A stretch of 55,409 nt of DNA, taken from an uncultured Bacilli bacterium (GTDB taxonomy: Bacteria; Bacillota_I; Bacilli_A; RF39; UBA660). The notes under the pieces were generated by a model. The model saw only the letters and a list, made by a program, of their open reading frames with translations. It did no database searches and was not told the DNA's origin. The stretch spans positions 1-55,409 of the forward strand of contig CANQIK010000003.1 of the NCBI GenBank assembly GCA_947624085.1, given 5' to 3'. Below are positions 25,824 through 34,077 of the stretch, piece after piece. The translations under genes and the position numbers were made by a program. Every line of letters starts with the position of its first letter. Position 1 is the stretch's first letter.

Positions 25824-27128
25824 CTAATCATCATTTTTATTTTTAAATTGTAATATTATTGGTGTGCCCTCTAAATCAAAACTTTTGCGGATTTCATTTT
25901 CCAAATACCTCTCATAAGAAAAGTGAACAAGTCTTTTATTATTGACTTCCAGCGTTATTTTCGGAGGCATATATCCTGTTTGATGAACATAATATATTTT
26001 TAATCTTTTACCTTTATAAGATGGTGGCATATGAACACCTACCGCTTCCATAACAACATCATTTAAAAGTGAAGTTGGAAGCATTTGAATAGTATTATCA
26101 TAAGCTTTAATTATGGCGTCCATAAGGTCTTTTAATCTTTTATGGGTTTTAGCAGAAACATATACAACTTTAGCAAAACGAGCAAATTGAAAATTATTGG
26201 CCATTTTGATATTCCACTCTTTTATTGCTTCATTAGGATTAGCAATGGTATCCCATTTATTAACGGCAATAACAACTGCTTTTCCCGATTCTAAAGCATA
26301 AGATAAAATATGTTTATCATGTTCAATAATTCCCTCTTCGGCGTCAACTACTAAAACGCAAACATCGCTACGGTCAATAGCTTTTAAACTGCGCAGAAAG
26401 CTATATTTCTCAACGTTTTCATATATCCGGCCTTTTTTACGCATACCAGCCGTATCTATTAACGTATATTCTTCACCATTATATTTAAATTTTGTATCTA
26501 TAGCGTCTAAAGTGGTTCCTGATACATCAGAGACAATTAAACGATCTTCATTAAGAAAAGCATTAATTAAACTACTTTTACCAACATTAGGTCTACCTAA
26601 AAAGCAAAATTTTAAAGACTTATCATCAGTTACTTCTTCTAAAGGTAAACTTTCATAAATCATATCAAGAAGTTTAGTAACGCCTAAGCCATGCTCGGCA
26701 GATAAAGCGACCACATTTTCAAAACCCAATTCATAAAAGTTATAAATATTTTCCATCCTTTTATCATTATCTAGTTTATTAACAACGACAATAACTTTCT
26801 TACTTGCTTTATGAAGCATACTTTGAATCATTTTATCTTCATTATCAAGTTCCCTAAGGCCATCTGTTACAAATAAAATAATATCAGCTTCATCTATAGC
26901 TAAAGTAGCTTGCATTAATATATCTTTAACAAATGTTCCATTTTCAAGCGTTATTCCTCCGGTATCAATTAATCTAAAAGCTTTATCTTTATACGTAACT
27001 GTTCCATATATTCTATCTCTAGTTATACCTGGAGTATCCATAATAATAGCTTTTTTCTCTTTAATAAGACGATTAAAAATGGTACTTTTTCCTACATTAG
27101 GTTTACCAATTAAACATACTGTTTGCAT
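25824..27128 (-). CDS. der: Ribosome biogenesis GTPase Der (EngA)
   Basis: Tandem GTPase domains (GKPNVGKST, GRPNVGKSS, DTGG/DTAG, NKLD/NKWD) plus a KH-like C-terminus. Confidence 0.95.
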   Translation of the reverse strand: MQTVCLIGKPNVGKSTIFNRLIKEKKAIIMDTPGITRDRIYGTVTYKDKAFRLIDTGGITLENGTFVKDILMQATLAIDEADIILFVTDGLRELDNEDKMIQSMLHKASKKVIVVVNKLDNDKRMENIYNFYELGFENVVALSAEHGLGVTKLLDMIYESLPLEEVTDDKSLKFCFLGRPNVGKSSLINAFLNEDRLIVSDVSGTTLDAIDTKFKYNGEEYTLIDTAGMRKKGRIYENVEKYSFLRSLKAIDRSDVCVLVVDAEEGIIEHDKHILSYALESGKAVVIAVNKWDTIANPNEAIKEWNIKMANNFQFARFAKVVYVSAKTHKRLKDLMDAIIKAYDNTIQMLPTSLLNDVVMEAVGVHMPPSYKGKRLKIYYVHQTGYMPPKITLEVNNKRLVHFSYERYLENEIRKSFDLEGTPIILQFKNKNDD

Positions 27129-27140
27129 ATATCCCCCTAT

Positions 27141-27707
27141 CTACTTACAATAAGTGTTTGTTTCACTATATTCACTATTAGTCCAAGTACGTGAACTACT
27201 GTTATAACTACTAGCAGGATCAATTAATTTCCTATTTGCTATTCCATCAGCAGTATTATCCATTATAATACACGCATATACCCGATTATATTCCATATAT
27301 ATTCTTATTTTTAAATTGTTTACTATAACATCATCAACCGGATTGGTCATTACGGCACAGCGCACAATCCCATCGGAATAATTGCTTTTTTGTTTAACAC
27401 ATTTAATAGAGCCCAAAGTACTTTTATTTTCATATTCGCTTGTTTCTAAGTCATTTGACTCGATTAAATCTCCTACCGTTTTAGTTATTTTTTTAGTAGC
27501 AACGCCACTGGCATTTAAAAATAATTCTTTATTATTTCCGCCATATTCTTGAGCAGCGGCAATCATTAAATCAAGTTTAGTTTCAAACATATTTTTATTA
27601 ATTTTATTTTTAATCGCCGCAATACTTGAAGAACCAATAAGGATAATAACTGTCAAGATAACTAAAACTGCTAAAAGCTCTACTAAAGTAAATCCCTTTT
27701 TATTCAT
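27141..27707 (-). CDS. Type IV pilin / pseudopilin-like protein (orphan)
   Basis: 188 aa. MNKKG|FTLVELLAVLVILTVIILIG has a prepilin leader, Glu+5 and a hydrophobic helix. Two Cys pairs (IKCVKQ...VRCAV and YACII...NTYCK) include a C-terminal disulfide-loop-like arrangement typical of pilins. Confidence 0.8.
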   Translation of the reverse strand: MNKKGFTLVELLAVLVILTVIILIGSSSIAAIKNKINKNMFETKLDLMIAAAQEYGGNNKELFLNASGVATKKITKTVGDLIESNDLETSEYENKSTLGSIKCVKQKSNYSDGIVRCAVMTNPVDDVIVNNLKIRIYMEYNRVYACIIMDNTADGIANRKLIDPASSYNSSSRTWTNSEYSETNTYCK

Positions 27708-27715
27708 TTATCCTC

Positions 27716-28309
27716 CTATAAGTATGAATTAATAATATCTAAAATTTCTGTTCTACCCTTTTTGGTAATAATAGAAAAAGGGATAAAAGCATTATCTTCG
27801 CTTAAACCTAAAGTTTCATTAATAAGTTTATCTTGTTTAAAACGATTGTTTTTAGTAATTTTATCATATTTCGTAGCTACAATTGTTATATCTAAATTAT
27901 AATACTTTAAAAAGTCATACATTAATACATCATCTTCGGTTGGTTTATGGCGATAATCTATAAGCATAAATACTCTTTTAAGATTTTGTCTTGTTTTAAG
28001 ATATTCTTCAATCATTAAGCCAAACTTCTTTTGTTTTTCTTTGTTAACGGCAGCATAGCCATAACCAGGAACATCAACTAAATAAAAACTTTTATTAACT
28101 AGATAAAAATTTAATGTTTGTGTTTTTCCAGGTTTAGAAGAAGCTCGAGCAAAATTCTTTCTTTCAATTAAAGAATTAATAAAGCTACTTTTACCAACAT
28201 TAGATCTTCCCACGAGTAAAAATTCAGCACGATTATCCTCCGGATATTGGCTAACTCTTACCGCAATAGTTGGTTCATCTACTGATAATATATCCATGTG
28301 TACCACCAC
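27716..28309 (-). CDS. engB: Ribosome biogenesis GTP-binding protein EngB/YsxC
   Basis: 197 aa with GRSNVGKSS, DVPGYG and TKYDK. Confidence 0.9.
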   Translation of the reverse strand: MVVHMDILSVDEPTIAVRVSQYPEDNRAEFLLVGRSNVGKSSFINSLIERKNFARASSKPGKTQTLNFYLVNKSFYLVDVPGYGYAAVNKEKQKKFGLMIEEYLKTRQNLKRVFMLIDYRHKPTEDDVLMYDFLKYYNLDITIVATKYDKITKNNRFKQDKLINETLGLSEDNAFIPFSIITKKGRTEILDIINSYL

Positions 28310-28404
28310 CTAAATTATATATTAAGAAGCCTAAAATTGCAACTTAGGTTACTTTAGCACTGATTTTTTATAAAAAAGATATAAAGACGCATAAAATTAG
28401 GATA

Positions 28405-28686
28405 ATGAACAATAAATTTCCCCCGAATACTGATCCTAATATATTTGCTTTTACAGCCGCTATCATCGGGGCTATTGTTTCTGATGACTTTAATGCTCAA
28501 GAATTAAACTCCATAGGCAACTGGTTTGAACTTTTAGGTCAATATTTTCTTACTTATGCAGCACAAAAACAATTAATTATGAGTAGACAAAATAATAACA
28601 ATAATTCTCAGCCTCAAGATATAGATTATGTCTTAAAAGCAATCAAAAAAATTGAAGCTGAACTTAAAGAACTTAAGAATAAGTAA
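28405..28686 (+). CDS. Small hypothetical protein (hydrophobic N-half, Asn-rich linker, coiled-coil tail)
   Basis: 93-aa ORF convergent with 28710-29990. The SD is weak. Confidence 0.45.
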   Translation: MNNKFPPNTDPNIFAFTAAIIGAIVSDDFNAQELNSIGNWFELLGQYFLTYAAQKQLIMSRQNNNNNSQPQDIDYVLKAIKKIEAELKELKNK

Positions 28687-28709
28687 TATGCTTCAATTAT
28701 TATTATATA

Positions 28710-29990
28710 TTAATTAACTTTGTAAGGTTTTGCGTAACTACCATCGCCACCACTTAAGATTACACTAGAGTTTAGATAGAATACAGGACGAACACCATGC
28801 ACGGTGCCAACGTGGCCGCTATTCAGATACCCAGTGTCGCCGACAAAGAACGCATTGATAGTGCCACCGCGCAAAATAGTCCATTCATAAATGGCATTAA
28901 ATAACCAATTATTTTCGCGGTTTTGGTTATTTTCTTCTTGTTCATTATCTTTAACATCATTATATTTATAAAGTCTATATTCCCAACTTTTTGGCTCACT
29001 AGCAAAGCCGTAGTCTGAGGGATACATTAGCCCTATTTTTGCTGGCACTTTTGTTTTTGCGCCATATGTGCTGCTCCATTCCTCATTATATGACTCTTTG
29101 GCTTTTGGAAGTTGATTTTTAGTACTTCCTCCAACATTCCACTGAACAGTTTCTATCTTATTTGCCCAGTTATTTAGATTATACAAATAACCTGATGAAC
29201 TGCCATTTAAAGTACTAAATAATGAACTACTACCCCATGTATTGTTATAGTCTTTATAGTCTTTGTTCCAATAGAAAGTCTCAACTCTTGTTTCAGCTTT
29301 AACTCTTTTTAAATCTTTATATGTAGAATTAAATGACTGCGTACCATCAGCTGTACTTTTTCCTAAATCACTTGCCGTTGCATATTCTGATTTTATCACT
29401 TTAATTAATTTTGTTTTTGTTCCATTTGATAATTCTACTGGGACATACCCTATTATGCGATATAAATTTCCATCAGGACACGCTCCTCCATTATTATAGG
29501 TTTCACTATTAGGTCCAAAACATATATAATTATTTGGATCATCTCCTGAATATCTATATCCCTGGTCATTAGCGCCATTTTCTAATAAGGAATTATGATA
29601 AATTAGTTCTCCTTCTCCACTTGGTCCTAATAATTTTTCAAAGAATTTTTCTTGTTCTGACTTAATATCAAAATATAATGTACAATTAGTGTTTTCATCG
29701 GCTTTTAATAAAACACTATTACTACTTGGGTTCCAATCGATTATATCTTCGGGAATTGTAGTACCATTACAGCTACTTTTTGCTACATTTAATACATAAT
29801 TACCGCTAGACCATACAGTTGAACTCCCTTGTGTATAACCACTGCCATTTTGATACATATAAGCTATACCACTATCATCTATTGTAAAATTTAATGGTTC
29901 ATTTTCCTTTTTATTTGTTAATAATATTGTGGAAATTACTACTATAACTATTACCAATAATACACTTATTATTCCTACTTTCTTTTTCAT
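28710..29990 (-). CDS. TM-anchored surface protein carrying the 'GVRPVFYL' cargo domain
   Basis: 426 aa with an N-terminal uncleaved-type anchor MKKKVGIISVLLVIVIVVISTILL and a ~110-aa unique region. The cargo domain is highly similar to 16500-18185 at both protein and DNA level (GYRYSGDDPNNYICFGPNSETYNNG, NLYRIIGYVPVE, IKSEYAT, GLMYPSDYGFASEPKSWEYRLY, ENNWLF..EWTI, GVRPVFYLNSSVILSGGDG..KPYKVN). Confidence 0.85.
   Translation of the reverse strand: MKKKVGIISVLLVIVIVVISTILLTNKKENEPLNFTIDDSGIAYMYQNGSGYTQGSSTVWSSGNYVLNVAKSSCNGTTIPEDIIDWNPSSNSVLLKADENTNCTLYFDIKSEQEKFFEKLLGPSGEGELIYHNSLLENGANDQGYRYSGDDPNNYICFGPNSETYNNGGACPDGNLYRIIGYVPVELSNGTKTKLIKVIKSEYATASDLGKSTADGTQSFNSTYKDLKRVKAETRVETFYWNKDYKDYNNTWGSSSLFSTLNGSSSGYLYNLNNWANKIETVQWNVGGSTKNQLPKAKESYNEEWSSTYGAKTKVPAKIGLMYPSDYGFASEPKSWEYRLYKYNDVKDNEQEENNQNRENNWLFNAIYEWTILRGGTINAFFVGDTGYLNSGHVGTVHGVRPVFYLNSSVILSGGDGSYAKPYKVN
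28782..28874 (-). other. GC-rich, adenine-poor hypervariable patch inside cargo domain
   Basis: These are the 31 codons between EWTI and FYL: TTG CGC GGT GGC ACT ATC AAT GCG TTC TTT GTC GGC GAC ACT GGG TAT CTG AAT AGC GGC CAC GTT GGC ACC GTG CAT GGT GTT CGT CCT GTA. My hand count gives 52/93 G+C and 14/93 A. Confidence 0.8.
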
Positions 29991-30070
29991 CTTTCCTCCA
30001 TGTAAATTGACACTTTTTAAACAAGATTATTCCTAATCTTGTGTGTCAATTGACGTTAACTATTTCTACT

Positions 30071-30499
30071 TTATTTTGTTTTTTCTTTTTTGTTTGCCTT
30101 TTTTAATTCATTTTTAATTTCTCTTAAAAGCAAGATTTCTTCACTTACTTTTTCTTCTTCTTTAGCCTCTTCTTCTTGTTTTTCTTTCTTAAATATTTTT
30201 TCTTGTTCCTTTTTTAAGAAATCAGATAGTTTATTAAATAGTTTAATCATGAAGAAAATACATAAAGCAATAATTAAGAAATTTAGAATAGCTTGAATAA
30301 AAGCTCCATAATGTATTCCTTTAAAAGCTAAGTCAGAAAAATCAATATCAGATTTACCTACTACAATACCTATTATAGGCGTAATAACATCATTAACTAA
30401 AGATGTTACAATTTCTCCAAAAGCACCACCTATAATAACACCGACTGCCATATCAAGAACATTACCTCTTGAAATAAATTTTTTAAATTCTTTAAACAT
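30071..30499 (-). CDS. mscL: Large-conductance mechanosensitive channel
   Basis: [44 protein letters not shown] is canonical MscL. GGAGG lies 5 nt upstream of this ATG. The track's longer start is a TTG that lies within the SD. Confidence 0.9.
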   Translation of the reverse strand: MFKEFKKFISRGNVLDMAVGVIIGGAFGEIVTSLVNDVITPIIGIVVGKSDIDFSDLAFKGIHYGAFIQAILNFLIIALCIFFMIKLFNKLSDFLKKEQEKIFKKEKQEEEAKEEEKVSEEILLLREIKNELKKANKKEKTK

Positions 30500-30520
30500 A
30501 TCTACCTCCAATTGAAAACT

Positions 30521-30529
30521 ATTGTATCA
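30521..30529 (-). promoter_or_regulatory. Extended -10 promoter element for mscL
   Basis: The minus strand reads TGATACAAT (TGnTAcAAT) about 20 nt upstream of the mscL ATG. Confidence 0.4.
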
Positions 30530-30561
30530 TAAAAATTAAATTTTAAAAGAAAAAACTATCG

Positions 30562-31188
30562 CTAACTATAAAGAACTACTGTTGCGCTAAAAGTTTTATC
30601 CATTGATTCAGTACTTGCATCTTTACTAACCCATACATATAAATCATAATTTTTAGTTGCTTTATTTGTTATACTAGCAGTACCAATATTGTACACAGTA
30701 GTTGCTGACTTTTGATATTTTTTATTTAGATAATTTTGAATATCAGTTGATAATGATTTTGAATTACTACTAAGTGTTTTAACATTATTTTTATTTAACG
30801 TTTGACTTGTTGTAGTCTCTACTAAAAGGAATCTTAATTTATCTATAGGGAAACTACTAGAATTTAACGGAACTATACCAATACTAAGTGATTTAGTCTC
30901 AGTACAATCATTTTTGACACTAAATGAATATTTAAAATTTGATTGAGTATTACTACTACTATTAAAGAACTGGTCATCGGTAATGGGCACAGCATAATCA
31001 TGTGGCAAAGTAAATGCTTTTGAATCACTAATTGTTAAGCCTACACAGCTTGGGATTGATGTTGTCGTTTGCATTTCAACTGTTTTACTGGCACTAATTG
31101 TATAATAAGCATAAGAAGAGGATATAAATGCACACATAATTATAAGTGTTAAAGAAAGAATAAGAATTATCAAATTCTTTTGTTTCAT
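30562..31188 (-). CDS. Secreted ~205-aa protein, TasA/camelysin-like N-terminal signal (cluster member 4)
   Basis: 208 aa. N-terminus MKQKNLIILILSLTLIIMCAFISSSYAYYTISASK. It is a close paralogue of 31275-31892 (shared VEMQ/NATTS.PSC.GL.I, YAVPITDDQF.NS, FKYSF.VKNDCT..KSL.IG.VP.NS, YDLY.W, K.F..TVVLY). Confidence 0.75.
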   Translation of the reverse strand: MKQKNLIILILSLTLIIMCAFISSSYAYYTISASKTVEMQTTTSIPSCVGLTISDSKAFTLPHDYAVPITDDQFFNSSSNTQSNFKYSFSVKNDCTETKSLSIGIVPLNSSSFPIDKLRFLLVETTTSQTLNKNNVKTLSSNSKSLSTDIQNYLNKKYQKSATTVYNIGTASITNKATKNYDLYVWVSKDASTESMDKTFSATVVLYS

Positions 31189-31226
31189 AAATTACCTTCT
31201 TTCATATCTTTTATTACTTTAAGTGT

Positions 31227-31235
31227 AGTATAACA
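31227..31235 (-). promoter_or_regulatory. Extended -10 element (TGTTATACT) directly after a terminator
   Basis: It is part of a 21-nt string CACTTTTTTTATGTTATACTA that is repeated identically at 32584-32604. Confidence 0.4.
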
Positions 31236-31236
31236 T

Positions 31237-31257
31237 AAAAAAAGTGGCAATGCCACT
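31237..31257 (-). terminator. Rho-independent terminator after 31275-31892
   Basis: The minus RNA reads AGUGGC-AUU-GCCACU followed by UUUUUUU. Confidence 0.6.
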
Positions 31258-31274
31258 ATTTCATAAAATATTTT

Positions 31275-31892
31275 TTAGTTATAAAGGACCACAGTATATT
31301 TAAATTCTTTATTCATAGTACTATCAGTAGCAGTAGAGTCAAGCCACATATATAAATCGTAGGTTTTAGAACTGCTAGCAGAAATTGTGGCAGTACCAAC
31401 GTTATATGTTGTTGTAGCAGTAATGCTGTATGTCTTTTTCAAATAATCTTGCAAATCCTTATTCAAAGTCACGCTAGAAGGAAGGTTTTTTACGTTTTCT
31501 TTTTTAAGACTAGAATTACTCTCCACTAATATATATTTTATTTTAGATATAAGTGAAGTATCACTATTTGTTGGAACTACTCCAATTTTTAATGATTTTT
31601 GCGTAGTGCAATCATTTTTAACAGTAAAAGAATATTTAAATTTATTTTGTGTTGTAGTGTTACTATTTAAAAATTGGTCATCGGTAATGGGCACAGCATA
31701 ATCTTTTTCTAAAGTAAAGGTTTTATTACTTGTTATATGTAGTCCTATACAACTTGGTGTACTAGTTGTTGCATTCATTTCAACCGTTTTATTTGTATTT
31801 ATTACATAATAACCATATGAAGCAGAAATACACATAGATGCAACTAGTAAAACAGAAATTATTGTAAGTGCAATTGTTCTCTTTTTATTCAT
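31275..31892 (-). CDS. Secreted ~205-aa protein, TasA/camelysin-like N-terminal signal (cluster member 3)
   Basis: I chose the start at MNKKRTIAL (SD AGGGGA 8 nt upstream). N-terminus ...LLVASMCISASYGYYVINTNK. It is a paralogue of 30562-31188 and lies 26 nt after the previous gene, so it is probably co-transcribed. Confidence 0.75.
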   Translation of the reverse strand: MNKKRTIALTIISVLLVASMCISASYGYYVINTNKTVEMNATTSTPSCIGLHITSNKTFTLEKDYAVPITDDQFLNSNTTTQNKFKYSFTVKNDCTTQKSLKIGVVPTNSDTSLISKIKYILVESNSSLKKENVKNLPSSVTLNKDLQDYLKKTYSITATTTYNVGTATISASSSKTYDLYMWLDSTATDSTMNKEFKYTVVLYN

Positions 31893-31924
31893 AAACATTT
31901 CCCCTTGTTTAAAGTATATTAGTT

Positions 31925-32560
31925 TTAACGGGCATAGCAGTTTTGACCTTCAATTATAATTTTACCCGAAGGATTTTTCCCTATAACATCTGATTGATCA
32001 ACATCTAAGTTATAAAAACGATAATGCAAACTCCAAGTTTGGGAAGCAGTACCAGTAGTTTGATTAGTCGTTATATTTCCCGAATAAAGCTCTTTTTTAC
32101 TAGATACATTAGCAATTGATGTAGTTGTAAAATTGGTGCTTGTGTTACTTATTTCTCCACTTATGCCTAATTCAGTTTTGCCAGAGCTAGCACTTGAAGC
32201 CGTATATTGGGTTGTTGGTTGATAATAAATCTTATAGTTGCAAGTTACGGCTTTTTTATATTGGCTTGGGTTAACTGTAACATTGATCGTTACATTATGA
32301 GTTTCGTCAATATATTTTGACATATTATTATTAGCCGTAGACACAGTTAAATTATCAAGTGTGACATTTAAACTAAAATTAGTATTTCCTGTTATATTAA
32401 ATATATTTTGAGGATTTAAGACATTACCATTTAAAACGTCTGTGTTACTAATATTAGCTTTATATCCAATGTAACCATATGAAAATATGGCTGCTAAACC
32501 TACTAAAAAGACAACTGTTAGTGATAAACTATAAATTAAATTCTTATTTTTCTTATCCAT
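31925..32560 (-). CDS. Secreted 211-aa protein homologous to the N-terminal module of 16500-18185 (cluster member 2)
   Basis: N-terminus ...VVFLVGLAAIFSYGYIGYKANISN. It aligns along its whole length with residues 1-209 of the 561-aa protein and ends (...SGKIIIEGQNCYAR*) where that protein has its G9 tract. Confidence 0.75.
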   Translation of the reverse strand: MDKKNKNLIYSLSLTVVFLVGLAAIFSYGYIGYKANISNTDVLNGNVLNPQNIFNITGNTNFSLNVTLDNLTVSTANNNMSKYIDETHNVTINVTVNPSQYKKAVTCNYKIYYQPTTQYTASSASSGKTELGISGEISNTSTNFTTTSIANVSSKKELYSGNITTNQTTGTASQTWSLHYRFYNLDVDQSDVIGKNPSGKIIIEGQNCYAR

Positions 32561-32583
32561 TTCAACTTTCCTATTCTAAAATT

Positions 32584-32592
32584 AGTATAACA
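32584..32592 (-). promoter_or_regulatory. Extended -10 element (TGTTATACT) after the 32635-33618 gene
   Basis: The same 21-nt string CACTTTTTTTATGTTATACTA occurs at 31227-31247. Confidence 0.4.
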
Positions 32593-32595
32593 TAA

Positions 32596-32620
32596 AAAAA
32601 GTGACTTTACACCACTTTTT
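32596..32620 (-). terminator. Weak AT-rich terminator-like hairpin after 32635-33618
   Basis: The minus RNA reads AAAAAGUG-9 nt-CACUUUUU followed by further U residues. Only 3 G:C pairs. Confidence 0.3.
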
Positions 32621-32634
32621 ATACTACTTTACTT

Positions 32635-33618
32635 TTATTTAGCTTCAATATTTTTAGCAGCGATGGTAATGCTTCCCTTAAAGCTTTTTTCAGTATTAAC
32701 ATTTTGATTATGGTTTAAATTAACCATTCTAATGCCCGCGATATAATAATTAGTGCTATTCTTATCTTTAGTAGTAGCAATTGTTCCATTATCTAAAACC
32801 GTTACTTTATCTTTAGGAGCTTTCTCAGTAATATCTACTCTTTTTATTAAATTATAGCATTTATTATTCTCATAAATATTAGCTACCCACATACCATTTG
32901 ACGTACAACTACTTTCACTTTTGATACTACTATCAATAGTGCCATCATACTTTACACAAACTCCTTTAGACGAAGTTCCTGCTCCTCCTATACATTCATC
33001 TTCGGTAAGAGCGTCATTTTTAGCATATAAATCAAGCACTAATTCAGGAACTTGTTCTTTAACCCATACTGTATTAGCTTGCGTCATACAAGAAATTTCA
33101 CTATTATCTAAACCATTTAAATTAGCAAGCTCAGAATTTTCTAAATCATAACAAGCATAAGTCTCATCTTCATAACTTATTCCCCAAGCTTTATTACTTC
33201 CTACACAGCTAGCAAATGTATTATAAGTATTTTCTTTTTGAGCATTATTTTTTAAATAACATTTTCCAGAGGTATACTCAAAATTATTTTCTTCAACATT
33301 TAAGGATATTTCATATTCATGCGTAACTTTTTCTTTACCCGTAGTAAGGCTAACACTAATTTCCGTGCTATCAAATGGATCAGTCATGTTAACTCCAAAA
33401 TTATCTTGAGTAACATTTAAAGTTAAATTATCGCCACTATCAAATTGAAAAAGATCACCGGCATCGCCAACATGACCATTAATATTAGCACTAGCTTCAT
33501 TTTCAACAACACTACCTAAATAAGCAAAAGTCGCTCCCACGACAACTATAACCATAGTAGCTATAGCAATAACAATTAACAAAATAACATTATTATCTTT
33601 TTCATTTTTGGTATCCAT
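32635..33618 (-). CDS. Secreted 327-aa protein, TasA/camelysin-like signal/module with Cys-rich insertion (cluster member 1)
   Basis: N-terminus ...MVIVVVGATFAYLGSVVENEASANINGH; compare camelysin GGGTFAYFSD. The C-terminal strand NQNVNTEKSFKGSITIAAK resembles the family ending. A central ~150 aa carry 10 Cys in C-x(n)-C pairs. SD GGAGGA. Confidence 0.75.
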   Translation of the reverse strand: MDTKNEKDNNVILLIVIAIATMVIVVVGATFAYLGSVVENEASANINGHVGDAGDLFQFDSGDNLTLNVTQDNFGVNMTDPFDSTEISVSLTTGKEKVTHEYEISLNVEENNFEYTSGKCYLKNNAQKENTYNTFASCVGSNKAWGISYEDETYACYDLENSELANLNGLDNSEISCMTQANTVWVKEQVPELVLDLYAKNDALTEDECIGGAGTSSKGVCVKYDGTIDSSIKSESSCTSNGMWVANIYENNKCYNLIKRVDITEKAPKDKVTVLDNGTIATTKDKNSTNYYIAGIRMVNLNHNQNVNTEKSFKGSITIAAKNIEAK

Positions 33619-33652
33619 AACAAGTATCCTCCTATGAAACTATCCTATTAAA

Positions 33653-33681
33653 ATAATATAATTTTTTAAGATTTTAGTCAA
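33653..33681 (-). promoter_or_regulatory. Sigma-A type promoter of the four-gene cluster
   Basis: The minus strand reads TTGACT (33681-33676), a 17-nt spacer, then TATTAT (33658-33653). It lies ~35 nt upstream of the ATG at 33618. Confidence 0.55.
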
Positions 33682-33747
33682 TATTTATCAATATCATTTT
33701 TCGCTTTACAGAAAATATAGTATAATAATTGCTATAGGAGTCTTAAG

Positions 33748-34077
33748 ATGAAACTTATCATAGATAAAAAAAGTTATGAGATAATTAATGCTAATACTTT
33801 TGGGAAAAAATTAATTGGTTTAATGGGCAAAAATAATATTACCTATGGTATGTTTTTCAAAAATATAAGTAGTATTCATACCTTCTTTATGAAAGAAAAT
33901 ATTGATGTCGTGGTTTTAAATAACGATAATATTATTATGGCAATTAAAGAAAGTATGCCGAGAAACAAAATATACATAGCTAAAAAAGGTAAACAAAAAA
34001 CTAGCATATTAGAACTTCCTAATCATGCTAGTCATAATTTACATATTAATGACAAATTAACCTTTATAGGTAAATAA
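33748..34077 (+). CDS. DUF192-family protein
   Basis: 109 aa. ..KLIGLMGK....GMFF.N.SSIHTFFMKENIDVVVLN fits the DUF192 (COG1430) pattern. It converges on obg with a 21-nt overlap. Confidence 0.6.
   Translation: MKLIIDKKSYEIINANTFGKKLIGLMGKNNITYGMFFKNISSIHTFFMKENIDVVVLNNDNIIMAIKESMPRNKIYIAKKGKQKTSILELPNHASHNLHINDKLTFIGK

Noticed and set aside
29991-30070. The palindrome GTCAATTGAC and the hairpin ACAAGATT-AGGAAT-AATCTTGT between mscL and 28710-29990, considered as an operator for the cargo gene.
   Set aside because: The hairpin is most simply the mscL terminator. I did not see the 10-bp palindrome upstream of the other paralogues, so there is no evidence of a shared regulatory site.
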